Shown one piece after another: positions 1-10,566 of a stretch of 64,000 nt of DNA. Made by a program: the position numbers and the translations under genes. Origin of the DNA: a virus; the IMG/VR virus record IMGVR_UViG_3300027668_001405, positions 64,001-128,000 of that record. The stretch is one strand, 5' to 3'. The notes under the pieces were generated by a model, which made no database searches, was not told where the DNA came from, and saw only the letters and a program-made list of their open reading frames with translations. How positions within the stretch are numbered: position 1 is the stretch's first letter; every line of letters starts with the position of its first letter.

Positions 1-8
1 GAAAAGTA

Positions 9-1025
9 ATGCTTGGTGCTCCATTTCCACCTGAAACATTTGATTGGCATAAGGACGAAGAAACTCGTCGTGTAATGCGACAGATTTTTGAAGAAACAGC
101 AGAGGACATAGAAGTGCTGTCGGGGATATTAAAGGACAAAGGCATCGAAGTGGTGCGTCCTAAGAATATATTTACAATCACAGGTGAAGAGCAGATTCAA
201 TTACCTTGGATGCATTGCGGATTTCCAAATCATCCGTTAATGCCTAGGGATACGTTAATGCCTTATGGCAATACAATATTTGAACTGTTTACAGGTAGCG
301 ATAATCGCTACTTTGAGAATCTGGCCTACTACGATCATTGTTCGCAATGGTTTAGAGAAGGTGCAGGTTGGGTTAGTATGCCAGGAGTACTAGTAGAAAG
401 TGGTAAGAAGTACGACCACTTTGTTAAAAACAATCGAGTACTATATCATGCGGCTAACATGATTAAGTGCGGAAGTCACGTTTTGTTTAGCCAACCCTAT
501 GAGGGAGACAACAAACGTGGCAGAGGTACGGAGCTGGGCCGTGAATGGATTCAACGTGAAATAAAGTTGCGATATCCTAATACCAAATTTTTGGACATTC
601 CAGTAGGAGGACATATCGATGGCAAAATAGCACTACTAAAACCTGGCGTACTAATGACTTGGAATAAGAACTGGGTTCCAGAAGAAATGAAACACTGGCA
701 CATTATAGAAGTGGCTGATGAATTTGATATGCCACAGGATTTTCAACAAACTCGTAAACAACGTTTCCATAAAGATTATGTAAGCAAGTGGCTTAGTCAT
801 TGGGTAGGTTGCCCAGACGAAAGTGTGTTTGACGTAAACGTATTATCACTAGATGAAAATACAGTTATATGCACAGGTAAAAATGAGGCCGCTTTTGCTG
901 AGATGGAAGCACATGGTATCGAACCAATTTACTGGAACTTTAGACACCAGTATTTTTGGGACGGTGGCATACATTGTTTAACAAGTGATATTGTTCGAGA
1001 AGGCGAGTGTGAGGACTATATCTAA
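9..1025 (+). CDS. Amidinotransferase (glycine / inosamine-phosphate amidinotransferase family); probably 5'-truncated by the window edge
   Basis: PRD, HIDG and C-terminal GGIHCLT motifs. The frame is open back to base 3 (K-V-M-L-G matches the N-terminal VIVG strand), so the true start is likely upstream. Confidence 0.85.
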   Translation: MLGAPFPPETFDWHKDEETRRVMRQIFEETAEDIEVLSGILKDKGIEVVRPKNIFTITGEEQIQLPWMHCGFPNHPLMPRDTLMPYGNTIFELFTGSDNRYFENLAYYDHCSQWFREGAGWVSMPGVLVESGKKYDHFVKNNRVLYHAANMIKCGSHVLFSQPYEGDNKRGRGTELGREWIQREIKLRYPNTKFLDIPVGGHIDGKIALLKPGVLMTWNKNWVPEEMKHWHIIEVADEFDMPQDFQQTRKQRFHKDYVSKWLSHWVGCPDESVFDVNVLSLDENTVICTGKNEAAFAEMEAHGIEPIYWNFRHQYFWDGGIHCLTSDIVREGECEDYI

Positions 1026-2072
1026 ATGCATTGGGCCAGACAAGTACATAATTTACAATTAGATATTTCTAGTCATTGTAATGCGGCTTGTGGTGCTTGT
1101 GTACGAAATAAAGATGGAGGAATAACAGAACCTCAACTAAGTCTAGATAATTTTGATGTTGCGTTATGGAAGCGTTTAGCATCAGAAGACACACGTGGCT
1201 GGTATGTAACTAAATTAACATTGAATGGTAATTGGGGTGATCCAATGATGCATCCAGATTTGATTGAGATGTTAGAAATATGGAATTATCATCACCCAGA
1301 ATCTTCGTTGTTTATTGCAACAAATGGAAGTATGCGAAGCAAACAGTTTTGGTTAGATCTTGCTAGAGTTTCTAGACAGTTTCCAAATTCTAAAGTTGAC
1401 TTTGCAGTTGATGGGTTAGCGGATACACATCATTTATATAGAAGAAAAACTATATTCTCTAAGCTAATAGAAAACATAAAACATTTTACAAGTGCCCAAG
1501 GCAATGCATGTATGATGATGACTGTGTTCAAACATAATCAACATCAAATTGAAGATGTAAGAGCATTAGCCGAAGAAACAAAGTGTAGGACATTTGTAGC
1601 AAGACGCAGTCACAGTGACGACATGCACATTAAAACTGATACTGAAGACTACACAATGTATGCTGGAGATACTAAGCAGTACAAGCAACAAACAAGATTT
1701 GATCAAGGTTGGAACAATAGTGATATCCGTGATGCTAGTGTGTATGGTCAAATTAACGAGCAATTTGATACACTATATGAATTTGCAGAGGATAGCAAGT
1801 GTCCTTGGTATAAGGATCAAGAAATACAAATAGACCCTTGGGGTGTTGTATGGCCTTGTTGTCATATAAGTCTACTAGGCGTAGATTTGGATAAACATAC
1901 ATTGACAGATTCAGCAGATAATAGTATAATAGAAGCTAGGAAGTCTAATAACTTGCACAACTATAGTCTGACTGAAGTACTATATAACGAATGGTTCTCA
2001 ACTACTGTACCGAATGCAGTAGAGAATGCATCGTGGCAGATATGTAGAAATAATTGCGGAGTATGTAAATAA
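1026..2072 (+). CDS. Radical SAM protein with C-terminal SPASM/twitch domain
   Basis: CNAACGAC (CxxxCxxC), GNWGDP, TNGS, VDG; C-terminal CPW...GVVWPCC...CRNNCGVC. Confidence 0.9.
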   Translation: MHWARQVHNLQLDISSHCNAACGACVRNKDGGITEPQLSLDNFDVALWKRLASEDTRGWYVTKLTLNGNWGDPMMHPDLIEMLEIWNYHHPESSLFIATNGSMRSKQFWLDLARVSRQFPNSKVDFAVDGLADTHHLYRRKTIFSKLIENIKHFTSAQGNACMMMTVFKHNQHQIEDVRALAEETKCRTFVARRSHSDDMHIKTDTEDYTMYAGDTKQYKQQTRFDQGWNNSDIRDASVYGQINEQFDTLYEFAEDSKCPWYKDQEIQIDPWGVVWPCCHISLLGVDLDKHTLTDSADNSIIEARKSNNLHNYSLTEVLYNEWFSTTVPNAVENASWQICRNNCGVCK

Positions 2073-3325
2073 TGTATAACAACCCAATGTTAAATGATTC
2101 AAGATATCCAACGTGCTTGGCACCTTGGAATGCTCTTACGATCAAATGGGGTGGAGCAGTACTTCCTGATATTATATACAATGGCAAGTTTGGAAACATT
2201 ACAAGACAAACGCTACCAGAGATATTAAACAGTGACGAAGCAGTTGCATTACGTAAGTCGCATGCAAGTAGAATTATTCCACCTGCGTGTTTAGCATGTA
2301 CTAAGAAAGAGAAAAGTGGTAAGAGTCGTAGAATGTATTTCTGGGACAAACTAGATGTAGATGTTAAAAAGGGCAGTATTAAAAATACAGCTAACAGTAA
2401 GCCAGACATACGTTACTTAGATTTTACTATCAGTAATAAATGTAACCTAGCATGTATACATTGTAATCCATTTGTAAGTACAGGCTGGACTAAAGATGGT
2501 AAAAAGTTAAATAAAGAAAAGCCGGACTATTGGGAACAATCACCTATTGGTTATCATGGCGTTGAAGATATGACGTTTTTGGATAACTTGTTTGCTGACC
2601 CTGAATACTTTCGTAACCTACAATGGGTTGCGTTAAGAGGAGGAGAGCCATTGTATGACGAGAGTTGTAAAGCAATCCTACAATGGTTTATTGACCAAGG
2701 GCTAGCTAAGAACATTATGCTAGATATCAGTACAAATGCTACAGTGTTTGACAATGACTTCCAAGAGATATTTAAGCACTTTAAACACATTGAGCTACTT
2801 ATTAGTATTGAAGCAGTAGACGAACTGTACAGCGTTGTACGTGGAGGTAAGACTACCTCATTTGAGCAACTAGAAGATAACATTGAAAAGTTTTATACAT
2901 ACGATAACATTGAAGTTGTGTTTGCCGTTACAGTAATGATTACAAATATATTTGGATTAGATAAAGTATGGAATTGGTTTAAAGAAAAGCATATGCACAG
3001 AGCTAGTATTAGCATGAGCAATGTTGTAGTTAACCCAGCCTATCTTAATATTGCATATATGCCAGATGTACTAAAATGGATTATGCATGACAAGTTACTA
3101 CAGATACCAGATCAAAGTATTTGGCCTAAGGGTAGCTATCATTCAGATGAGATACATTATCAAACTGGTATCCATGCTATACGTGATGGATTGCAAGTTG
3201 AAGTAGATGAAGAACTACAAGAAAAGCAATGGAGTCATTTTGTTAAATATACTAAAGACCTTGATAGATTACGAGGCACAGATACATTTAAATTAATTAA
3301 GGAATTAGCTTTATACAATGAATAA
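2072..3325 (+). CDS. Radical SAM protein with degenerate N-terminal twitch domain
   Basis: CNLACIHC, RGGEPL, STNAT, ISIEA. N-terminal CLAPW...CLAC is present but the usual PCC reads PDI. Confidence 0.9.
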   Translation: MYNNPMLNDSRYPTCLAPWNALTIKWGGAVLPDIIYNGKFGNITRQTLPEILNSDEAVALRKSHASRIIPPACLACTKKEKSGKSRRMYFWDKLDVDVKKGSIKNTANSKPDIRYLDFTISNKCNLACIHCNPFVSTGWTKDGKKLNKEKPDYWEQSPIGYHGVEDMTFLDNLFADPEYFRNLQWVALRGGEPLYDESCKAILQWFIDQGLAKNIMLDISTNATVFDNDFQEIFKHFKHIELLISIEAVDELYSVVRGGKTTSFEQLEDNIEKFYTYDNIEVVFAVTVMITNIFGLDKVWNWFKEKHMHRASISMSNVVVNPAYLNIAYMPDVLKWIMHDKLLQIPDQSIWPKGSYHSDEIHYQTGIHAIRDGLQVEVDEELQEKQWSHFVKYTKDLDRLRGTDTFKLIKELALYNE

Positions 3326-4265
3326 AATACAATATGGCACAATGGATAAGCCATTATCAATTAATAATCCAGACTTTACAAAAACAGGAAACAGTGTATG
3401 GAATCAACAGTACATGGAATACCTGACAGAAAATTACTTTCCTAATATTGATCCTGCTACACTGCCACAAGAACAAGATACATTCTTAGCAAACTATCCA
3501 AAATGGATTGCTAGTAGTAAGCTGAACAAGTTCAAAGGACTAGATGCATTTAAGCACAGGTTTGTTAGCTTAGGTGTAACACAGGCACTTGACTATTGGC
3601 ACTATTGGTGTCAAGCTAATGGATATAACTTAAAAGTATATAGAGGTGAGTACCCGTACAATAGAGATGCACAAATTAATAACCCAATGGAATGGGGAGA
3701 TAGCATTGATGACATTCCACTACAAAAAGGTGACGCAGTAATAGTAAGTGTTCCGTTTAGTGGTACAGGTAAAAAACCAGAGCATTGGCAAAAACTAATT
3801 AATACATGCAACGACCTTGACATTCCAGTGTTTGTTGATTGTGCATGGTTTGGTACATGTTTTGGTATTGAAATAAACTTAAATGAAGAATGCATTAAGA
3901 TGGTTGCATTTAGTACTACCAAAGGATTAAGTTGTGGAAACTGGCGCAGTGGAATTACTTTCAGTAGAGAAAATAAAGGAAGCCTGGCAGTACAAACAGA
4001 ATGGTATCATGGGATACATCTTAACTTAGCTATTGCTAATAGTTTAATGAAGGAATTTAGTCCTGACACTATTGCAAAGAAATACAAAGAAGCACACGTA
4101 GCAGTATGTGAGCATTATGGGTTTGAAACAACAAATACAGTACACATTGGTATAGCACCCGCAGGCCCAGATTGGGATGCGTATCATAGAGATGGTACTT
4201 ACAATAGAATTAATATTGCTAAAGCAATAAAGCGTTACAAAAACAAAGGCAACTTTTATGAGTGA
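3318..4265 (+). CDS. PLP-dependent aminotransferase-like protein (fold type I)
   Basis: VFVDCAW (Asp-x-Ala) and FSTTKGLSCGNWRSG (Schiff-base Lys, SxSK...R.G pattern). Confidence 0.65.
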   Translation: MNKIQYGTMDKPLSINNPDFTKTGNSVWNQQYMEYLTENYFPNIDPATLPQEQDTFLANYPKWIASSKLNKFKGLDAFKHRFVSLGVTQALDYWHYWCQANGYNLKVYRGEYPYNRDAQINNPMEWGDSIDDIPLQKGDAVIVSVPFSGTGKKPEHWQKLINTCNDLDIPVFVDCAWFGTCFGIEINLNEECIKMVAFSTTKGLSCGNWRSGITFSRENKGSLAVQTEWYHGIHLNLAIANSLMKEFSPDTIAKKYKEAHVAVCEHYGFETTNTVHIGIAPAGPDWDAYHRDGTYNRINIAKAIKRYKNKGNFYE

Positions 4266-4710
4266 TAAACCTATTAATATTACTACATCTAGATCTAATG
4301 ATTTTCCGATAAGAGCTAATTATATGTTTGACAACATTGGCCCAGGAAATTGTGAAGATATTATTTGGCAAAATGTAGTAGATACAGTAGGCGAAATTGA
4401 ACAGAATGAAATTGGTGTAGGTGTAACTCAAAGTTATCAGTACACAAAATTACATGACAAACCAATTATTTTAACAAAATGGCAAGGTATGAAAACAGCT
4501 AATGGACCCGAGTTTAGAATTGGATTAGGAAAAGGCATACCAGGTAGTAAACAAACTCCACCTATAATGTCTGGAAACTTTAAAACGGGTGTTCAAGTTA
4601 ATAGTACACTATCAATACAATCAGTTAAACTAGGCAGTAGACAAGGTAAGTTTTGTATTCAAACAGATGGTAAATGGTATGCTATTCAAATAGGAGATCA
4701 AGTTGAATAA
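4258..4710 (+). CDS. Hypothetical protein
   Basis: 150 aa ORF overlapping both neighbours in the operon; no recognised motif. Confidence 0.6.
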   Translation: MSDKPINITTSRSNDFPIRANYMFDNIGPGNCEDIIWQNVVDTVGEIEQNEIGVGVTQSYQYTKLHDKPIILTKWQGMKTANGPEFRIGLGKGIPGSKQTPPIMSGNFKTGVQVNSTLSIQSVKLGSRQGKFCIQTDGKWYAIQIGDQVE

Positions 4711-5836
4711 ACTACCTGACAATGCATGTGCATATCCTTTTAAGGCAAGTATGTTGATGCATGGTCAACCGGCAACACCTTGTTGCAGATTTCATACTAG
4801 GTTTCTTAAAGGCAATGGGTTTACTGAAATACGTGAAACAATGATGCGTAATGAATGGCATCCAGGATGTTACAAATGTAAGTCAGATGAAGAAGTTAAA
4901 GGTAGCAGTATGAGAACTGAAGCTGACGAATTCTTTGATGACTTTGATGACGTAGTACGTTTAGAGTACTTAGAAATAACTGTAGGCAGACTTTGTAATT
5001 TAGCATGTCTAAGTTGTGGTAGTGATTTTAGTACTACATGGGATAAAGATGAACTTGCATTAGGCATTAGTTCACCAGAGAAGATTAGCAAATTAAAAGA
5101 AGTACAGGAATACGATTTAGATAACATGGACCTAGATAATTTAAAACATATTAAGTTTATAAAAGTAACTGGTGGAGAACCGTTCTTGCATAAGCAGTTT
5201 TTAAATTTACTAACTAGACTAGCAGACAGTGGATTAGCTAAACAAATAGACATAGAAATATTTACAAATTGTACATACTATCCAGAGAAGAAGCTAGAGC
5301 TTGATAGCTTACTAGCGTTCAAACTAATACACATAAGTCCTAGTATTGATGGATATGGAACTACAAACGACCTCTTAAGATACCCTTCTAAGTGGAATAA
5401 AATTGAGGCAACACTTGACAAGTGGATAGAGCTAAAAGTAGCTACAGGACGCTTACACATAGCCACAGCCACCACTGTAAGCGTTATTAACGCCCCACAG
5501 CTACATGAGTTCATACATTGGGCGAGAATACATAAAGGAATAGATGTCGTGTTACAGACGGTATTTGAGCCACATTATTTAAGCGTAGAGCATTGGCCAA
5601 ATTGGTTCAAGCGTACACTAAAGTTAACAATTGATCAACAGTACACAGGCTTTAATAAGAACGCAGGTAAGTTTAAAGCTAGTCATAAACTATTAAAACA
5701 GTTATGTGAAACAAATACTACAACAGATAAGAGTGTACAATACGTAATAGAATTAAAGAAGATGCTGTCACATAGAGGGCAAGATATTAACATGGCACCT
5801 AAGTTTGCTAAGATATTGGAGTATCATGAAAGATAA
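4703..5836 (+). CDS. N-terminal twitch-domain radical SAM protein
   Basis: CAYPF...PCC...CYKC, then CNLACLSC, TGGEPF, TNCT, SIDG. Confidence 0.9.
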   Translation: MNKLPDNACAYPFKASMLMHGQPATPCCRFHTRFLKGNGFTEIRETMMRNEWHPGCYKCKSDEEVKGSSMRTEADEFFDDFDDVVRLEYLEITVGRLCNLACLSCGSDFSTTWDKDELALGISSPEKISKLKEVQEYDLDNMDLDNLKHIKFIKVTGGEPFLHKQFLNLLTRLADSGLAKQIDIEIFTNCTYYPEKKLELDSLLAFKLIHISPSIDGYGTTNDLLRYPSKWNKIEATLDKWIELKVATGRLHIATATTVSVINAPQLHEFIHWARIHKGIDVVLQTVFEPHYLSVEHWPNWFKRTLKLTIDQQYTGFNKNAGKFKASHKLLKQLCETNTTTDKSVQYVIELKKMLSHRGQDINMAPKFAKILEYHER

Positions 5837-7061
5837 TAAAGAATTAAAAAAGAGTGAGACATTCTGTATGTTACCATTTATGCATATATATGGAACAGCA
5901 GGTGGCGACTTAGTGCCGTGCTGTGAAGCACAGGAAACTCCATTAAACAACCCAGGCGAGACAGCTCTAGAAAGTTGGAACAACGACAACTACAAAGAAC
6001 TAAGACGTGCTTTATCAAATGACGAAAGACCAGATCGCTGTGAAGTGTGCTGGCACAATGAGGACAGTGGAGTAGTAAGCAATCGCAAGCAATGGGAAGA
6101 CGACAATTGGGAAACGTTTTCTAATGAGATAGAAGTTAATGACGATTGGAGTGTTAACAATTCACCTAAGTGGGTGGAACTAAAAGTAAGTAATTTTTGC
6201 AACCTAAAATGTATTATGTGCAGTACGCATAGTAGTTACAAGCGTGTTAAAGACTTAGACATTATAAGCAAGTACACAGCAGATGGATATGAAACTAGAC
6301 TTTTACGCCCAACTACTTTATTTGCAAGTTTAAATGAATGGCCCGAGTTATGGGAAAATGTTCATACACTACAATTTACAGGTGGAGAACCAATTATTAA
6401 CCAAGAGCATTATGACTTGCTTGAAGGGATACCTAAAGACATACGAAAGAATATAAAGTTACGTTACGCTACAAACCTAAGCATGATTAAGTTTAAGAAA
6501 TATGACTTAGTAGAAATATGGAACGAGTTTGCCGCTGTAAATATTAAAGTAAGCATGGACGGCATCGAAGACGTGTACAATTATATTAGACAAGATGGTG
6601 ATTGGGATACAGTATATGCTAACATGCTAGTACTGAGCAGTGAACCTACAATTAATTTAGCAGTAGGCATTACAGTACAATCACATAACGTATTTCATAT
6701 GCCAGAGTTTTATGACTTCTGGGCAGACAATATAGTTAAGCTAGATTTTATTACAGCTAACGTATTACACACACCTAAGTATTTAAGTCCAGCACTTTGG
6801 CCTGCTAACGTTAGGAAGCCTATAGTTGATAAGTTAAAAGAAGCATTGCCCAGACACCCAGAAATGAGAAAGTTTATTACTTACATGTTAAGAAATAAAC
6901 CAAATGCATTGAACTATTCAAAGATGCGTAAGTATACCAGAGATTTAGAAGCACGATATCCTAAAGAAATTACATTAAAAAGTATGCTTAAAAAGTATCT
7001 TAAAATAAAACTAGAAGGCATGGACATAGTTGATGAGAGGTTGAAGAATGAAAAAAGGTGA
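5826..7061 (+). CDS. N-terminal twitch-domain radical SAM protein
   Basis: FCMLPF...PCC...CEVC, CNLKCIMC, TGGEPI, TNLS, SMDG. Start placed at the second Met (5826); the ORF track gives 5805. Confidence 0.9.
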   Translation: MKDNKELKKSETFCMLPFMHIYGTAGGDLVPCCEAQETPLNNPGETALESWNNDNYKELRRALSNDERPDRCEVCWHNEDSGVVSNRKQWEDDNWETFSNEIEVNDDWSVNNSPKWVELKVSNFCNLKCIMCSTHSSYKRVKDLDIISKYTADGYETRLLRPTTLFASLNEWPELWENVHTLQFTGGEPIINQEHYDLLEGIPKDIRKNIKLRYATNLSMIKFKKYDLVEIWNEFAAVNIKVSMDGIEDVYNYIRQDGDWDTVYANMLVLSSEPTINLAVGITVQSHNVFHMPEFYDFWADNIVKLDFITANVLHTPKYLSPALWPANVRKPIVDKLKEALPRHPEMRKFITYMLRNKPNALNYSKMRKYTRDLEARYPKEITLKSMLKKYLKIKLEGMDIVDERLKNEKR

Positions 7062-8334
7062 AAAGGATTGGGACTATCAATTTGTAAGTGATTGCGAAAT
7101 TGTGAATGTCTTTATTCCTAAGAATACTCACCTATCAGGTCACGAAGAATTAAAACAAAAGCTATTGTTATTACAGCAAGTTGAGTGTGATAATCACTTG
7201 ACATCAAGCATAGTTAACCTGTATAATACAAGTAGTATTGAGTGGATTGAACACGTTAGAAAAATGGGACACAAGTATGTTGCATTTTGGTTTGATGGCT
7301 GCTGGCCTAAATCAGATGGCATTGAAAAGAAAATACTAACATACATTAATAGACTTGAGAAGAAAGATTGGGTAACCGCAGTGCATCCAAAGTACTTGGA
7401 TAGTTTAATGTTATTGAACATTGACGAGTTTATTGCTTGGCCTGCTAAAGCACCTAACTTTGGAACATACGCATTTTGGGCAGAGAATTGGATTAGTGAT
7501 TGTACTGTAGAGTTAAGCAAAACTATAGAAAGAAACATTGTAGTTGGTGCTCCACAATCAGACCCACAGAACTTTTTAAATGGATTAATGGATAAGAAGT
7601 ATACAGACCACACAATATCCAGAGGCGCTAGAGTTATTATTAAACGTAAGAATATACCTAGCAGTCCTATATACTTTGTTAACACAGAACGCAGTAGCCC
7701 AACAGTAGCAGATGCAATAAAACACACAGTATTCAAGCAGTATGTAGGCGCAGTGGCTGGTTTTAAGCTTCTATACTACGCTTACACGTACGGTATTGAT
7801 ATAGACAGCACTAAGTTCGTCTGGTATGATTTCGACGCAAACAGCGTACAATTTAAGCGTGACACTATTAAAAATTGGGATGGAAATGACTATCCTACAT
7901 GGGTTAAGGAATGGGTACACGCACATCCAGAAGCAAATGCAGAATTACTAAAACACGTTGATAAAGAATGGTTAAATATAGTAAAGCAATTCGGCGGAAA
8001 GCAACAGTGGTTAGACTTCTGGGTTCAAGTACAGATGTGTGAACATGAGTTTCTTACTGTTGACTTAGTTAATAATCACAAGGAAATAACAGACAGATTA
8101 GTTAATGGTGCAAGTACATTCTTTTGGAGCAGTAACATATACAGCTATGTATTGCTAAAAGTAATAAGCAAACCATTTACATTAGAACGCAGTTTTGCAG
8201 AGTTAATCACAAGGCTACAACAAATAGAAACATGTTGGTTCTCAGGCACTGATCCCAATGACAACGATTTAACATGTGATGTTAAATGGATTCTAGGATA
8301 CAGTACTAATGACAGCATAGGAACAGGAATATGA
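7048..8334 (+). CDS. Hypothetical protein, paralog of 8331-9713; possible C-terminal SAM-binding Rossmann-like domain
   Basis: Shares VAFWFDG/LAVLWAEG, WYDFD/WADFS, VDL/VNL and SSNIYSY/CSNIWLY blocks with the next ORF. The fold call is inference. Confidence 0.55.
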   Translation: MKKGEKDWDYQFVSDCEIVNVFIPKNTHLSGHEELKQKLLLLQQVECDNHLTSSIVNLYNTSSIEWIEHVRKMGHKYVAFWFDGCWPKSDGIEKKILTYINRLEKKDWVTAVHPKYLDSLMLLNIDEFIAWPAKAPNFGTYAFWAENWISDCTVELSKTIERNIVVGAPQSDPQNFLNGLMDKKYTDHTISRGARVIIKRKNIPSSPIYFVNTERSSPTVADAIKHTVFKQYVGAVAGFKLLYYAYTYGIDIDSTKFVWYDFDANSVQFKRDTIKNWDGNDYPTWVKEWVHAHPEANAELLKHVDKEWLNIVKQFGGKQQWLDFWVQVQMCEHEFLTVDLVNNHKEITDRLVNGASTFFWSSNIYSYVLLKVISKPFTLERSFAELITRLQQIETCWFSGTDPNDNDLTCDVKWILGYSTNDSIGTGI

Positions 8335-9713
8335 AATTAAACGTAAGAGACAATAAAGAGATATGCCACATAACACTAGATGAGCTTGTATGCCCAGAAC
8401 TAGATAGTGCATCTAATGATTACATATCAGTACTAAAGCATGTTACAAATATTAGTATTGTTAACACTGGAAATTCGTCATACATAATTAATGCAAAGCA
8501 AGAGCATCTAAATGATATATTTGCAGATTTAAAATCATTTGGATACAGGCTAGCAGTACTATGGGCAGAAGGAAATATGATTGATGAAGATTTAGATGCT
8601 GATTTAATTACGTGTGCAAATGAATGGGACGACAGTGAATGGGCAACAGCAGGTCATATACTTGATAGAAAGAATAACATGTATCCTACGTTTCATAATC
8701 AATGTGTAGTAATTAATTTAAAGACTGCAACGTACCTTAATCCAAAAGGCATAGTAAATGACTATGTAGCATCAAGTGAACATATGCATGATGACTACAC
8801 TCCAACCTGGATTAAAGGAGTATCAGATAGAATACCAAACAGCAGTGTAGAAAGCTATAATGTGTTTGACATGCTAATGAGAATGTCAATTAATAACGAA
8901 CAGCTAATATACAACTTGCCATTTAATGTACGAAAGAAAAAGATATGTGTGTACCCTGAAGATGATATACAATGGGCACAAGAAGCTATCTTTGAAGATT
9001 ACAGTAAGTTAACTGAACAACAAGCAATGGCTAAAATTTACGACATTCGAGATAACTATCCAGATAAGAAACCTTTGTTTGATTTTAAGGTAATGGAGCA
9101 TGCAGTTGTATACATAACTAATACAGAAGATGTACCACCGAGAAAGGACAGCCAAATAAACGTAGGTGTGTTTCCATGTAGTGGAATACATCAATTTAAG
9201 CATATTGCAAATAACATTAATACAATGGAAAAAGTAATATGGGCAGACTTTAGTACATACGCAATTAATTGGATGACAATAGTTGTAAATGAATGGAACG
9301 GTCAAGACTTTACTAAGTTCTACAAGGACAACATACACAGAATTAATTTTGCTGGCAATGCAGAATTTGACGAAGATTTAGTAGTACAGTTTTACGAAAG
9401 TTTTGCTGACAATGAATGGCTTGCAGTGTGGCATAAAATACAAAGTTTAGATCACGTGTTTCTAAAAGTCAATCTAATAGAACAATACGATATGGTGTTA
9501 CACCATATACCAAAGAATAAGAACGTATTACTGCAATGTAGTAACATATGGTTATACGAAGAAAATTACATTAACCGTGGATTCAAAGCCACCCACGCAG
9601 TACTTGATTATATTAAGCTAGCGTTAGATAAGTCCAACAAAGTTATATTTGTGGGCGATGCTAATGGTACGTTTTATGATTTAACAAACATAGGGAGAAA
9701 CAAATGGATATAG
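8331..9713 (+). CDS. Hypothetical protein, paralog of 7048-8334
   Basis: Same shared blocks as the preceding ORF; ATGA overlap. Confidence 0.55.
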   Translation: MKLNVRDNKEICHITLDELVCPELDSASNDYISVLKHVTNISIVNTGNSSYIINAKQEHLNDIFADLKSFGYRLAVLWAEGNMIDEDLDADLITCANEWDDSEWATAGHILDRKNNMYPTFHNQCVVINLKTATYLNPKGIVNDYVASSEHMHDDYTPTWIKGVSDRIPNSSVESYNVFDMLMRMSINNEQLIYNLPFNVRKKKICVYPEDDIQWAQEAIFEDYSKLTEQQAMAKIYDIRDNYPDKKPLFDFKVMEHAVVYITNTEDVPPRKDSQINVGVFPCSGIHQFKHIANNINTMEKVIWADFSTYAINWMTIVVNEWNGQDFTKFYKDNIHRINFAGNAEFDEDLVVQFYESFADNEWLAVWHKIQSLDHVFLKVNLIEQYDMVLHHIPKNKNVLLQCSNIWLYEENYINRGFKATHAVLDYIKLALDKSNKVIFVGDANGTFYDLTNIGRNKWI

Positions 9714-10564
9714 TACCAATGCCAGAAGCAAAGTCAATTGAGGAAATTGAACAAGAACAACATCATCATCAAGAGTTCCTTGATAAACGTAAGATACTTG
9801 AATACAAACATCATTTGTATCCTGAAGTAAACAAGCGTTGTAAAGACTTTATACAAAAATGGGGCGACAGTACAAAAGAACCTACTCGAGCAGATACAGA
9901 GCATGCACAAGGTCGCTTAGAAGAAGATTTTGAAGATGCCAATACAATTATTGATAATACTAGGCTACCTTGGGTACCAGTAAACATTTCAGTACCATGG
10001 AAGGACATTTGGTTAGAAGCTAGGCACTTGTTATACACCGAGTGCTTTACACCACACAGAACTGACGGCAGTGCAGGTTGGCTTAGTTTATGTATACATG
10101 GCATGTCGTCTGTGCATACAAACTGTGCAGAAGATTATAACTTGCCAGACGAAGCAGAAGAAGAATTAAGCGAATGGACAGACATAGCAAAGTTCTGCCC
10201 AATTACAGTTGAGTGGATGAAAGATGCAATGTTGTATGAGCAGTTTACTCGTGTAAGATTTATGTGTGTATTACCGGGTGGCTGGATTGAGCCTCACCGA
10301 GACACAGACAAAGTAGCTGGATTAGGTGCAACTAATGTTGCTATCAACAATCCAGATGGATGTAGACTAATTATGGAACAATATGGCGAGCTACCATTTA
10401 CACCTGGATCTGTTTTTAAAATAAATACTGGATATAATCATATGGTATATAATGATAGTAACGAGCCACGTTTTCATATGATATTTGACGGTCGACCAGA
10501 TGACACGTTTAAAAGGAAAGTAAACACTCAATATAATTGGATGTTCGACAAAAAGAAGAAATAA
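9704..10564 (+). CDS. 2OG-Fe(II) oxygenase, aspartyl/asparaginyl beta-hydroxylase-like
   Basis: RVRFMCVLPGGWIEPHRD (HxD), distal NHMVYN, EPRFHMIFD. Confidence 0.8.
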   Translation: MDIVPMPEAKSIEEIEQEQHHHQEFLDKRKILEYKHHLYPEVNKRCKDFIQKWGDSTKEPTRADTEHAQGRLEEDFEDANTIIDNTRLPWVPVNISVPWKDIWLEARHLLYTECFTPHRTDGSAGWLSLCIHGMSSVHTNCAEDYNLPDEAEEELSEWTDIAKFCPITVEWMKDAMLYEQFTRVRFMCVLPGGWIEPHRDTDKVAGLGATNVAINNPDGCRLIMEQYGELPFTPGSVFKINTGYNHMVYNDSNEPRFHMIFDGRPDDTFKRKVNTQYNWMFDKKKK

Positions 10565-10566
10565 TT

